64,000 bases of DNA from Blepharisma stoltei ATCC 30299. Taxonomy: Eukaryota > Protista > Ciliophora. The notes below the pieces were generated by a model. It was not told the origin of the DNA, did not search any database, and was given only the letters and a program-made list of their open reading frames with translations. The position numbers were made by a program, and so were the translations under genes. Position 1 is the stretch's first letter. Every line of letters begins with the position of its first letter. This document shows positions 46,323 through 57,843 of the stretch, one piece after another. The stretch covers positions 1 through 64,000 of the forward strand of contig CBFDEM010000009.1 in assembly GCA_965603825.1 (NCBI GenBank), read 5' to 3'.

Positions 46323-49300
46323 TTAAATTAATATGCGATTTTTTAAGTCTTTGTATTTAAATCTTGAGCATTCACTAGACAATTTGTTGGGAGCGATTTC
46401 GCTTGATGCTGTTTCTAAGGTTTTTATGTGTTCTAGAATATCATCAAGCTTATGCTGGTTGCTTTTAGTATATTCTACAAGCTTTTTTAAATTTTTTCTT
46501 ATTGTGCGAACACGGCCTTCCCATAGTGCTGATGATAAGTCATCAGCTCCGTCTCTTTGTATGCATTGCTGGATATACTTTTTTTGGTTATTTTTTCTTT
46601 TTCATAATAAGCCTGCTTCCATTTCTAGTACTAAGCTTGCAACTTCTTTGGCATTTGCAGTCAGCATTGAATATTGAACTCTTTCGAAAGTATCTCCCAT
46701 CATGGCAATAAGTAAATTCATCAGTATTAGAGGATTTAAGAATAAGGCAAAAACAAACATAGACCATTCCAGCCATGTGGCCTCTTCTAAAAAGAATTGC
46801 CCAAAATTCACCAATAATATGTTTAGTAAAGTATGATTCAGTGTGGTGTCAGAATCACTAGAAAAATAAAAAGAATATCCAGCAGCCAAAGTTGCCATAA
46901 GAAGAATAAGAAGAAAGGAGCTGATATCTTTTATGATTTCTATAATCATCCTTATCATATATCTCGTTCTATCAAACATCCGAAATATCGCAATTGACCT
47001 CATAAGTGAAAAAAATATTGCATAAGTGAATGGCCACTGGAGATCTTTGCTATCAGCATGTCCTAAGGAAAGACCTAAGCAAATATAAAGAGTAGAAACC
47101 TTTAAGAGATCCAAAACATTCCAAATATCGCCAAAATATGTGAAACAAAGCTGATAGACTTGCAAAAGCTCATAAACTAAGTATCATGTGTTAAAAATAA
47201 ATAAAATAAAAATATGATTGATTTCATACATATTGAATAATGTATAAGAAATCAATAATGCCAAATAAATCAATGATACTATAGACTGAAATCATAAAAA
47301 TTTTTTTATTTGTGAAAATTTGTATTTTAATATTGCTTGTATTAAAGGCGTTTGAAAAAGTTCTGTATTTTCACAGTTCATTAAGCAGAATAAAAATGAA
47401 ATACTGTCATCAGCACCTGAATTTAAAGCAAATTTGCATAAGCTTGCTCTAAAAATAACGCTCTCTCCAGCATCGTCTCCAGTTTTGCAAAGGGCTTCAC
47501 ATTTAATGCTTCTTGTTTTGCTTAAAATAATGTTTTTCTTTTTAACGAGCCCAAAAACAGCGAGGTCTTTTTTGTGGTGCTCTGGAAATGCGGCAGAAAA
47601 TAGAAGATGTGTATTTGATAAATTGTATTTGGGGAGAATAGTGATTATGTCTTCTAGCGAGTGAAAAATATAAGGGTTTTTGGGAGCGTAGTATTTGGCT
47701 AGATATTTAATTATCATATCAGCTGACCTAAAAGCTTTTCTTGACAGTGCTATTGACAATGGATTTTCTCCAGTGTCCATTATCAAAAATCTGCAGCTTG
47801 CTTTCATAGCTTTTTTGATATCTTGCCATTTATTCAAATACGCATAAATATGCAAAACATTGACTCTTCAAGGAAAAATAATATAGTCATTTCATTGGCT
47901 TGTAAAGTGGACCTTTTTGCCTTTCAGCAAGTTTTTTAGATATAAAAGAAATAAAAATGAGTCTTTTTGAGGAAAAACTGTAAAATTTCTTTCAATAAAC
48001 ATTAAATTCCTGATGAAAATCCTAGAGCTGGAGCTATGGATGAATCTTGAGGTCTTCGGATTTTCAATTATTGCATTAATATGTCCTTGGTTTTTAAACC
48101 TAAACAGTTCAACTCTTTCAGCAATAGACCACACAATGAGATCCCCATCTCTGCTTCCAGAGTATGCATAATTTTCATCATTTGTTATCAGGACAGAATT
48201 TATATATGCATTATGGCCTTGCAATTTGGTATCAATAGGAGATCCATCTAAGTCTCAAATTTTCACTTTACCATCACAGCTTCCTGAAGCTAGCATCTTT
48301 TCACTTTTGGACAATGATAATTTCTTTACTGGGTCGCCATGAGCGTTTATTAATTTTATCTGCTTCATGGTATATAAATCTCAGATTCTTATTGTCTTAT
48401 CATAGCTGCACGAGTATAAAGTAAAACTTTTTTTTGCCAGTGCCATATTAGACACAGCATTTCAATGTCCAACTAATACATTAATTTTATTCCTTGTTTC
48501 TATATCTCAGATAGTAATATTCCCTGATGCTCCTCCAGCTAGTAAAAGATTTGTATTGCAAGCGACACAGAAAAACATTTTTTCATCAGACGTCAAAATG
48601 CATGAACATTTTCTTTCATTTGTGTCCCAGATTCTAACTGTGCCATCTTCACTTGCAGAATATAATAAATAGTTGTTATGAGACAATTCTAAGTCTCTGA
48701 TTCCTTTTTCATGACCACATAGTTTGCCAATCAACCCATACTTTTCACTGGAAAGAGATCATATACAAATTGTCATATCGAAGCTTGAGGAATATAAAGT
48801 AAGGCAGTCTGAGCTTAAAACGAGATCTGTAACTGCTTCTTTATGTCCTGTTAATTTATCAATTTTTTCATTCTGTTCATATAAGTTTCAAATTTTTAAA
48901 GTCTTGTCTAAGCTTACAGTAAATAGATTTTTTCCATCTGAAGATATACAGATATCCACAATTGTGCCATCATGGGCTGTAAAGTTACCACAAGCTTCAG
49001 AGTCGTTACCTTGTAAATCCCAAAATCTGACTGAGTTATCAAAAGTTCCAGCAATGATATATCTCCCATCAGGAGAAATGCAGCAGTTTCTTACCCAATT
49101 TTCATGCCCAGAGTACACTATAGAGATTGATTTATAAAAAGTGCTTCATACACTTACAGTGCTATCCCCACCAACTGATATCAAAAATTTTTCATCTTCT
49201 GTAAAGCACAAATTAAAAATTTCTTTACTATGTCCAGTCAGCACAGCAATTTCGCTTAAATTGTCCATAGTTCGCAGCCTAATCAGTGTATCATACCCTC

Positions 49301-49835
49301 CTGATGCGATAAATCTGCTTGAGGCCGCTATTGTGCTGATTTTTTCTTTGTGGCAGATTTCAGAAAACACAATTTTTCTCGTCAAAATGTCGTAAACTGT
49401 AAATCTCCCATTAGTATCTCCTGACAATAAATATTTATTAGTACAATATAATGCAGTTACTTTAAAGTTTGTGGATGGGTAAATTCCTAATAAATTTCCA
49501 TCAAAGTCTCATTCTTTTATAATTTTATCTTTTCCTCCTGTAATTAAATGTTGTAAAGAAGAATCAATTGCCATAGTATGAATAGAAAGCTTGTGAGCAG
49601 AAAATCGTTTTTCTTCATAGGAATTATATAAATTTATAGATAAAACTTGACCATTGCTCAGGCCGACAAATAAATTTTTATCGATATAGTGAACACAGCA
49701 TGTTGGAGTATTTTGGGTTTTTATAGTGACACAATGAGGCTTTGATTCTCTCTGCTTAAGAAGGGATAAAAGAGAATTAAATGTGCTTGGTTTAGGCTCA
49801 GGAAAAAGCATGTATTCTGATGTTAATTCGACCAT
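46323..49835 (-). CDS. WD40-repeat and TRP-like cation channel fusion (~1170 aa)
   Basis: Many GH...WD repeats, several ending in TGA-encoded W. Ankyrin-like TGENPLSIAL, TM block with FGDIWNVLD, pore NFGQF and S6 LMNLLIAMMGDTFERVQ. All ORF pieces are in one frame. Confidence 0.87.
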
Positions 49836-49979
49836 ATTAATTTTCTAGACATGGCTCATTTTATTTGTATCCAAATCAATTAATTTTGTTATAAGGCTTT
49901 TTATAATTAAATATCTTATCCTAAATCAATTATTATTGATAGCATATTTATTGGAGGGATTTTAAATTATATAATAAAA

Positions 49980-50363
49980 ATGATGAAATTAATCAGGACA
50001 TTTTCGAGAGTAATTTCTGCGACTTATTTCTTAGCTGTCACATACTGGATAATAAATGATAGTGTTCCTTTAGTTGCTGACTACCCCAAGTATTCTGATC
50101 GCTTGACAATAGCAGGAATTACATTTGTGTTTAGCATTCTCACTCTTTTCAATACAGTGTTAGGCCCGATGATTTTGCTGGGATTCACACTTCTTAATGG
50201 ATATTTGAAATACTATGCCTGCCAAGAGCACAGTTTTAGATGTTTAAAAGTAATAGGCATTGATATACTAATTACTAGTCTCTTGGTGACTGTGCTTACA
50301 GATCCTTGGCTGTTTTTAGGAAATGAAAGAGTAGATCAAGAAGTTAAAGACAAAAACGAGTAA
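49980..50363 (+). CDS. Small multi-pass membrane protein
   Basis: 127-aa hydrophobic ORF; apparent paralog of the next gene. Confidence 0.75.
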   Translation: MMKLIRTFSRVISATYFLAVTYWIINDSVPLVADYPKYSDRLTIAGITFVFSILTLFNTVLGPMILLGFTLLNGYLKYYACQEHSFRCLKVIGIDILITSLLVTVLTDPWLFLGNERVDQEVKDKNE

Positions 50364-50505
50364 ATTTTAGATAAATAATTTAATTTTATTAAGAATGATC
50401 CAAAAACTATCTAAGTGTTGAGTTTTAGGCTGCCATATAAATAAATATATGCTACTCTTATCAGCATACTTATATAAATATTTCTTCTAATATTAAATAG
50501 GCAAT

Positions 50506-50973
50506 ATGGGGTTTCTCAAAGTTTGCATTCGCTCTCTAATAGTCTTCTATTTTATTGTTACAAGCCTTATGATATTAAACAACTCAGCTTCTTGGACAAG
50601 CGGCTTTGTCAGTGGCTATAACCAAGTTCACTTCCACATAAAATTAGTTACCGGGATAACATTTCCAAATCTTACCACAGTCATTCAAAATTATCCTGAA
50701 ACCTGCTTAACAATAGTCGGAGCACTTGGCTTGGTTCTAAGCTTTTTGACAGTACTTAATAATAATGTTGGGACTCTTGGACTGCTTCTCTTTACAATGC
50801 TTAAGGCAACACCTAAGTTTTACCATATTCAAGACATCAGTGCAGCAAGCTTAAACGTAAGTGGAGATTTATTATTAATTGGGGCTTTATTTATGATTTT
50901 ATTAGATGAAGAATATGCTCGCTATGCCGAGATTGAGTCAGCCACACAGAAAATTGACAAAAAAAGAGAATAA
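50506..50973 (+). CDS. Small multi-pass membrane protein, probable paralog of 49980-50363
   Basis: Shared layout (SILTLFNTVLGPMILLGFTLL versus SFLTVLNNNVGTLGLLLFTML) and basic C-terminus. Confidence 0.78.
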   Translation: MGFLKVCIRSLIVFYFIVTSLMILNNSASWTSGFVSGYNQVHFHIKLVTGITFPNLTTVIQNYPETCLTIVGALGLVLSFLTVLNNNVGTLGLLLFTMLKATPKFYHIQDISAASLNVSGDLLLIGALFMILLDEEYARYAEIESATQKIDKKRE

Positions 50974-51084
50974 GATAATCTTTTTTCTTTAAATTAGCTA
51001 ATGGGTTTATCTTTATCAATAGTTTAGCTAGTTATAAACTTTAAGTGTCTGAATGATTATTTTTCAATTAAATGCTAAATAAAA

Positions 51085-52473
51085 ATGAACTCAGGGAAAG
51101 TCCAGCCTACAAGCTTACCTAAGTGTAATTTATAATCAGTGCAAACTTTTGTGCTGCTTCTTATTTCATTTGCTGAAGCTATGTTTAATTCTATGCTCTA
51201 TCCTTTTATTCCTTATATGGTTGCCGAATACTTTGACTGATTGGAACGAAATGATAAAGATACTGATAGCATTGTCTCATTTTATGCTGGACTTGTAGCT
51301 TCTTTGTTTAGTTTAGCACAGTTTATCAGTGCTCCTGTGTGGTATCTATAATATAGAGGCTGAGTCTCAGACAAAGTGGGGAGAAGACCAATAATTTTAT
51401 TAGGATTGACAGGAAATGTTATAACAGCTCCACTATTTGGGTTAGCTCCAAGCTATTTATGAGCTCTTATTTTTAGATCTTTAAGTGGACTAATGAATGG
51501 AAATATAGGAGTTGCGAAAGCTTATGTTACAGAAATTACTGATGAAACAAACTCAGCGAAGCTGTTTAGTTTATTAGGATTTTCCTGAGGACTTGGAATA
51601 ATGATAGGGCCCGCAATAGGGGGGTGATTATCAAGAATTTCTGATAAATTTCCTGATAGCTTCGGCTCTGATTCTTTTTGAGGAAAATATCCTCATTTCT
51701 TACCTATACTTGTGCTGTCATTGATTTCTCTTATAGGACTAATTATTGGATATTTCGCTTTATTAGAGCCAACTAGAAAAATTAAAAAATACGGTAGCTC
51801 AAGACAATTGTTAAAGAATTCAAATTTTTTGGTTATCACTTCAATTTATGCAATTTCTGGATTATCTTTCCTAAGCTTTCAAGAGGTCTTTCCCTTATGA
51901 TGCAGGGCTCTTATGAAAAATGGAGGATTAGGATGGGAAAGTGAAGGTGATATAGGCATAATTCAATCACTAGGCGGAGGATTTGTAATCATTTTTCAGT
52001 TATTTTTAGTATGAAAGATCGTGAATAAATTGGGAATTTTAATGGTTTTGAGACTTTTTTGGGGCATTTGTGTATTAGATTTTATATGTATTCCAAACAC
52101 TTATAAGTTGCAAGATGAAATGCTGTGGATTGTACTTGTGCCTTTATATGTGATTTTTGCAATAATTCAAACATCAGCTTTAACAGTAATGACTATTGGA
52201 ATTAATAATTCTGTAGAGCTATCTGTAATTGGAATTGCAAATGGAATAGCCCAAAGCGCAGTTAGTTTTTCAAGATTTATTGGTCCTCTTCTAGCTGGCT
52301 GTATTTTTGGTTGATCTCTTAATAATGAGCTGGGCTACCCTTTTAATTCCCATTTAATTTTCAATTTGATTTCTCTTCTTGGACTTTTATGCATTTTCTT
52401 ATCAATATTTTTGGATGAATCCATAAACAAAAGACAAAAATCACCTGAACATTTATTAGAAAAAGCATCATAA
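51085..52473 (+). CDS. MFS transporter (ZIFL/TetA-like DHA1 type); two 15-nt introns
   Basis: WGWVSDKVGRRP motif A, GLMNGNIGVAKAY, GPAIGG. Introns at 51125-51139 and 51342-51356. Confidence 0.9.
51125..51139 (+). other. 15-nt intron
   Basis: GTAATTTATAATCAG; contains an in-frame TAA; position shared with the paralog intron 52561-52575. Confidence 0.88.
51342..51356 (+). other. 15-nt intron splitting a TG|A Trp codon
   Basis: GTATCTATAATATAG; position shared with the paralog intron 52778-52792. Confidence 0.88.
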
Positions 52474-52520
52474 TTAAATTAATAAAAATGCTCGTTAATT
52501 ATCTAGTAAATTTCTAGTAA

Positions 52521-53924
52521 ATGGAAGACCCAAAGAAAAGCGCAACACCTCTTCCATTCCGTATTTTCTAAACAGTGAAATCCTTCGTAGTGCTATTAAC
52601 AGTTTTTGTTGAAGCTATGTTTAATTCTATGCTTTACCCATTTGTGGCTTATATGGTAGCTGATTTTTTTTATTGACTTGATAGAGATGATAAAGAGACG
52701 GACTCAATAGTTTCTTTTTATGCTGGACTTGTCGCATCTTGCTTTAGTTTAGCTCAGTTTTTAAGTTCGCCTATATGGTATATGCTATTTAGGGGTCGCG
52801 TTTCAGATAAAATAGGAAGAAGACCAGTATTATTAATTGGGATGATAGGTAATGTAGCTACTGCTCCTTTGTTTGGACTTGCCCCAAACTATACTTGGGC
52901 TATTATTTTCAGATCTATAAGCGGGCTGGTGAACGGGAATACTGGAGTTGCCAAAGCTTATGCTACAGAAATCACTGATGATACTAATTCAGCGAAATTA
53001 TTTAGCTACTTAGGATTTTCGTGGGGAATAGGAGTTATGCTTGGACCAATACTAGGAGGAGGTTTATCGAGGATTTCTGATAAAATTCCTAGTATTTTTT
53101 CTCCAGACGGCTTCTGGGGCGATTATCCTTATTTTTTGCCTATGCTTACAAGCTCATTTATCTCACTTATTGGATTTATAATTGGGTATTTTGTGTTGAC
53201 TGAAACTAATAGGAAGGTGAAAGTCTTAAAAAGCCCTTGGCTTTTAACAAAAAATTCAAATTTTTTGACATGCACCACAATTTATGCAGTTTCTGGGCTA
53301 TCATTTTTAAGCTTTCAAGAGGTCTTTCCATTTTGGTGTAGAGCTTTGAAAGCAAATGGGGGTCTTGGTTGGGACAGCGAAGGGGATATTGGACTGATTC
53401 AGTCTTCTGGAGGAATTTCAGTCATTATATTTCAACTCTTCATAGTCCCAGCTGCAAGTAATGTATATGGTATTTTAAGTGTTTTAAAGACAGCCTGAAT
53501 TATATGTGTTCCAGTATTTATTATTATTCCGAATATTTATGAACTTGATGGAGTTGCTTTATGACTTACAGTTGTCCCTTTATATGTAACTTTTGCCGCA
53601 ATCCAAACCTGTGTATTGACTGCTATTGGAATTGGTGTAAATAATTCAGTAGATTCTGATCTCTTAGGGACTGCTAACGGTTTCGCTCAAAGTGCTGTCA
53701 GCTTGCTCAGGTTTATCGGCCCTGCAATGGCTGGATCTATATTCGGATGGTCGCTTAACAACGATCTCGGCTACCCACTTAACTCTCATCTGATATTCAC
53801 ACTAGTCGCTCTATTTGGCTTACTTTGTATCGGCCTCCTCTACACCCTTGACGACTCTATCAACAAAAGAAAGCAGCTTTCCTCTGTTCTGCTTCCTCTA
53901 ATAGATAAAGATAAACCTAGCTAA
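52521..53924 (+). CDS. MFS transporter, tandem paralog; two 15-nt introns
   Basis: WGRVSDKIGRRP, GLVNGNTGVAKAY. Introns at 52561-52575 (GTATTTTCTAAACAG) and 52778-52792 (GTATATGCTATTTAG). Confidence 0.9.
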
Positions 53925-53942
53925 TTTCTTTTTGAATTAAAA

Positions 53943-54719
53943 ATGTCAAAGGCTTTAAGTGCTGATATTATTTTGCTGAGAACCAAAGCCGGGTCACTCG
54001 ATAACGTAAAAAACTTGAATTTATGAGGAAATGATATTGACGATGTCAGCATCGTCAGTGAGATGCCGAATTTAGAAGTCTTATCGCTGAGCGTGAATAA
54101 AATCACAACTCTCAAGCATTTTCAGCATTGCCGAAAACTAGCCGAGCTTTATTTGAGAAAAAACCTTATTTCAGATTTGAATGAAATCAGATATCTGCAA
54201 GACCTGCCTTGTCTTAAAGTGCTTTGGCTATGGGACAACCCATGTGCTGAACTGTCGAATTACAGAGCTATTGTGATTGGAGCGCTTCCTAACTTAGTGA
54301 AGCTGGATAACCAAGCTGTAACACCAGAAGAAAAATCATCAGCGCCTCCTGCCAAACATTCAAAACCACGCTATGAAGAGCCGAGCAGGCCTGAACCGCG
54401 CCGTGAAGAAGTTAGAAGTAGAGAAGAAGCGAGGAGGGAAGAAGTAAGAAGAGAAGAGCCAAGAAGGGAAGAATACAGAAGAGAAGAGCCAAAAGAATAT
54501 AGAAGAGATGAAGCGAAATATGAAGAACCACAAAGAAGGGAGCTTTCACCTATTTCAAATGAACAGCCAAGGGCAGTAAGAAACAGAAATGGGAACAGAG
54601 GGGCTGAATCAAGAAACGAAAATATTTTATGCGCCGTTTTGTCACTTATTAAAGAACTGGATAAGAGTGGTCTCGAGCTTGTCCAGAGAGACATTGAAAG
54701 AAAACTTGCAGGGATGTAG
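53943..54719 (+). CDS. CFAP410: CFAP410/C21orf2-like ciliary LRR protein
   Basis: VKNLNLW(TGA)GNDIDDVSI..MPNLEVLSLSVNKI...ELYLRKN...LWLWDNPC...LVKLDN, and C-terminal NILCAVLSLIKELD. Confidence 0.9.
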
Positions 54720-54744
54720 TAATTAGTCAATATTTCTTATAATT

Positions 54745-55770
54745 ATGGAGTGTTATTCACAACCTGGCCAAGTGTATTTATATGGAGTTTCTGGACTGAC
54801 GTGATCGTTTATAGCTTGCTTGTGGCTTGTGAATACTTGGACTTGTAATGAAAGACATAGTAAGCCTCTCCAAAGGATGATGTCATTCGTCCTTATTTTC
54901 AAAGGGCTGCATTGTATTTTTTACTCCCTTATGATGGCTTCGTGCCAGGATGGTTTGGTATCCCCTTACTGAAGTCTAGCGATAACAAGTACTTACACTT
55001 TATACAACACCTTTATATATACGACACTCATCTTAATAAGCAAAGGATTTTGTATTACAAGAGAATTTCTTGATCGCGGAGAAGTAACAGTAGTTGCTAT
55101 GACGATGGGAGCTGTTTATTTAGGATTTAGTGCCTTTATGATAGAAAGGGATAAACTGATACCTCTACTCATCATAATGCTGATTGTTTTGTTTTATCTG
55201 ACTGCAAAATTCACAAAATCTATCGTGGTAGCACTCATTAGGAGATATCAGGATCTGTTAGCAGCTAATGCAAGGCCGATGATTCCAACAGTTTTAAAGA
55301 AAATTTCGATGATGAAGACTTTTTTATTTTTGGTTTATTTTTATTTCATACAACAGCTCATGATTATTTTCTTATATTATATAGGAATCGCAATAAATTC
55401 TGAAAGCTATTCACTTGTCATTGACACTGCTGCTGAAGCTGGAGATATCTTGGGCATTGCAGGAATTTTCTTTGTGTTTAGATCCAAAGACCAAGGCCGC
55501 TATTTTGACAGCAATGAGTTGCCAAGCTCTCTGCAGCACCAACCAATTGCACCATTTATGGAAGCAAAGATAGCTGATAACGCTAGCATAAGCGAACTAT
55601 CAGCTGAAAACCCAGTTGTCGTTTTAAACCCTCAAGACACAAAGGATGGTAATTTTTATGCAGAAACTCCATATCATTACATGCTGGTTGCACTTCCTAT
55701 AAGACTGGACCCAATGCATGATGCCGCATTTGTACATGTTGATAATGATTTAAGGCAGCCTTTACTATAA
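54745..55770 (+). CDS. Multi-pass (7TM-like) membrane protein, possibly GOST/GPR107-TMEM87-like
   Basis: Open from ATG 54745 with UGA=Trp, in frame with ORF 55099. About 7 hydrophobic segments, LISKGFCITR. The family call is tentative. Confidence 0.7.
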
Positions 55771-55796
55771 ATGACTAACAGTTTATATAAAATTAA

Positions 55797-56765
55797 ATGG
55801 AATATGTTGATAAGTACGGTTTTGTATCAGAAACTAAGCCGAAAAGATCAAACCTATCATTCATAAAAGTGAATTCCAGGATTGAAAAATGACAAAAAAT
55901 GCTAACACAGTGGGAAAAATATACCACAAGCAAAGAGAAAATACTGAAAAATAGATGCAGAAAAGGGATTCCTGACGTGATCAGAGGAAGAGCATGGTAT
56001 ATGATGTCAAATACTCAGAAAGTGAAGGATTATTACCCTAAAAACATGTATGAGGACATAAAAACAAGCAATTTGCGCTCAGCGAATATGAATGATATAA
56101 ATAAAGACTTAGCTAGAACATTTCCGGAAAATGTGTATTTTAGGTTTCAAGGAGGCCAAGAAGCACTGCTAAATGTGCTGAGGGCTTATTCGCTATTAGA
56201 TACTGAGGTAGGGTATTGCCAAGGAATGGCTTATTTGGTAGGTGTCTTGCTGATGTTTATGGACGAAGAAAATGCTTTTTATTTGTTTGTCAATATTATG
56301 TACAATTTTGATATGAGAGGCTATTTTTTAAATGGAATGGAAAAAACCTATTTGAGCCTTTATATTACCAACAAGCTCATGAAATTATATGAACCAGCCC
56401 TATGAGAGCATTTTAACGACGTTGGCTTTGTTTCGCAAATTTATGCTACACAATGATATGTCACAATATTTACTTACTCTTTTCAAATGGAAACGATTTT
56501 AAGAATATGGGACTGCTACTTATATGAAGGACCAAAAATTTTATATAGAATGTCATTAGGATTTATGAGATTTTCCAAAAACCATTTAAAAAATCTGGGG
56601 ATTGATTTAATTCTTAGGAAAGTCAGAGAAATTGAAGAAACTATTGATGTTGAGCAGTGGTTTAAAGTCTCATTTAATATATCTTTATCGAGGAAAAGAA
56701 TTAAAGAGATTGAAAAAGAGTACATTGAAGGTCCTGATGAAGAATTCATTCAATGGAGAGCGTAG
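55797..56765 (+). CDS. TBC-domain Rab GTPase-activating protein
   Basis: DKYGF, RCRKGIPDVIRGRAW, INKDLARTFP, GYCQGM, ILRIWD. TGA joins are in frame. Confidence 0.94.
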
Positions 56766-56864
56766 GAAATATTTTACTTAATTGTACAATTATTTAAATT
56801 TTCGTAAAAGCAAAAAGTATTTAGATTTTTAAAAAATTTTAAAATGGTAGAAATAGATTTACGA

Positions 56865-57494
56865 TTATTTAACTGCATCAGACTGATTTTCAGGTGCAGC
56901 TCTTTGGATTTCAGGTAGAGCCAATAGAGTTTCAAAGACTCTAGAAATATTTGGGAAAGGAGTTAAGTCCACATTGCGTCTTCTTGCATTGCAAACCTGA
57001 GGAACAAGGCATGCATCTGCAACTGTAAGCTGATTACCTACACAATAAGTTCCTGCAACTTGTTCTAATATATTCTCAACAGCTCTAAACCCACTTGTAA
57101 CCACTTCGAGAGCCCATTCGTTTTTATCTCCTCCCAGCCCTTCAATTTTATTAGTTAATTTTGAGTTTTGCAACGGATGGATCCATGAGTTAATTATTTC
57201 GCAAATTTCCCACATCTTAGCTCGAAGAATTGGGGAAGTAGGAAGTACTGAAGGTGTGGGATGAATGTCTTCAAGGTATTGAATTATAGCTAAGCTTTGG
57301 GATATTCCAATATCTTCACCATGCAGATATGGGACTTGCTTAAGCGGGTTTTTCTCGATATACTCTTCACCCTTTTGTTCTCCAGAAAGAATGTTGATAG
57401 CGTGGTATTGATATGGGATATTTTTGATGCTTAAAACAATTCTTACTCTCCAGCTGCAGGAGCTTCTTCAATAGCTGAAAAGGGTATAGTCCAT
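56865..57494 (-). CDS. GSTZ1: Zeta-class GST / maleylacetoacetate isomerase
   Basis: MDYTLFSYW(TGA)RSSCSWRVRI, NPLKQVP, SQSLAIIQYLE, IHPLQN, ADACLVPQV. Confidence 0.93.
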
Positions 57495-57843
57495 ATTAAA
57501 TGATTCTAGTTAAATATAGGTATCGATCATTTTAATCTTTATCCTAAAGAATATGTAATGTAAAACCTTTAATTATTAATTAAAATATTTGCAAAAATTT
57601 ATAAAGAAGTAAAATTTCAAAATTATCAGACTTCCATATAAACTGATTTAAGAATATTCATATATCCATATAAATTAAACTAAGAGAAAAATAATTGTAA
57701 CCCTTATGTCAGTAATAATGACAAAAAGCAGTTTAAATTCATATAAATTGATAAGCTTACCTCCGTAACTCAGCATATTAGTGACTACTCAGAACTTATT
57801 ATTTTCACAATAATCTTTTAAATTTAACTTCATAATTATAATT

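Noticed and set aside
54371-54730. Antisense and alternate-frame ORFs from the track (e.g. 54371-54730, 19291-19518, 34159-34416, 46333-46677, 48724-49137, 60666-61095, 62519-62839, 63482-63759)
   Set aside because: They are shadows of well-supported genes on the opposite strand or frame.
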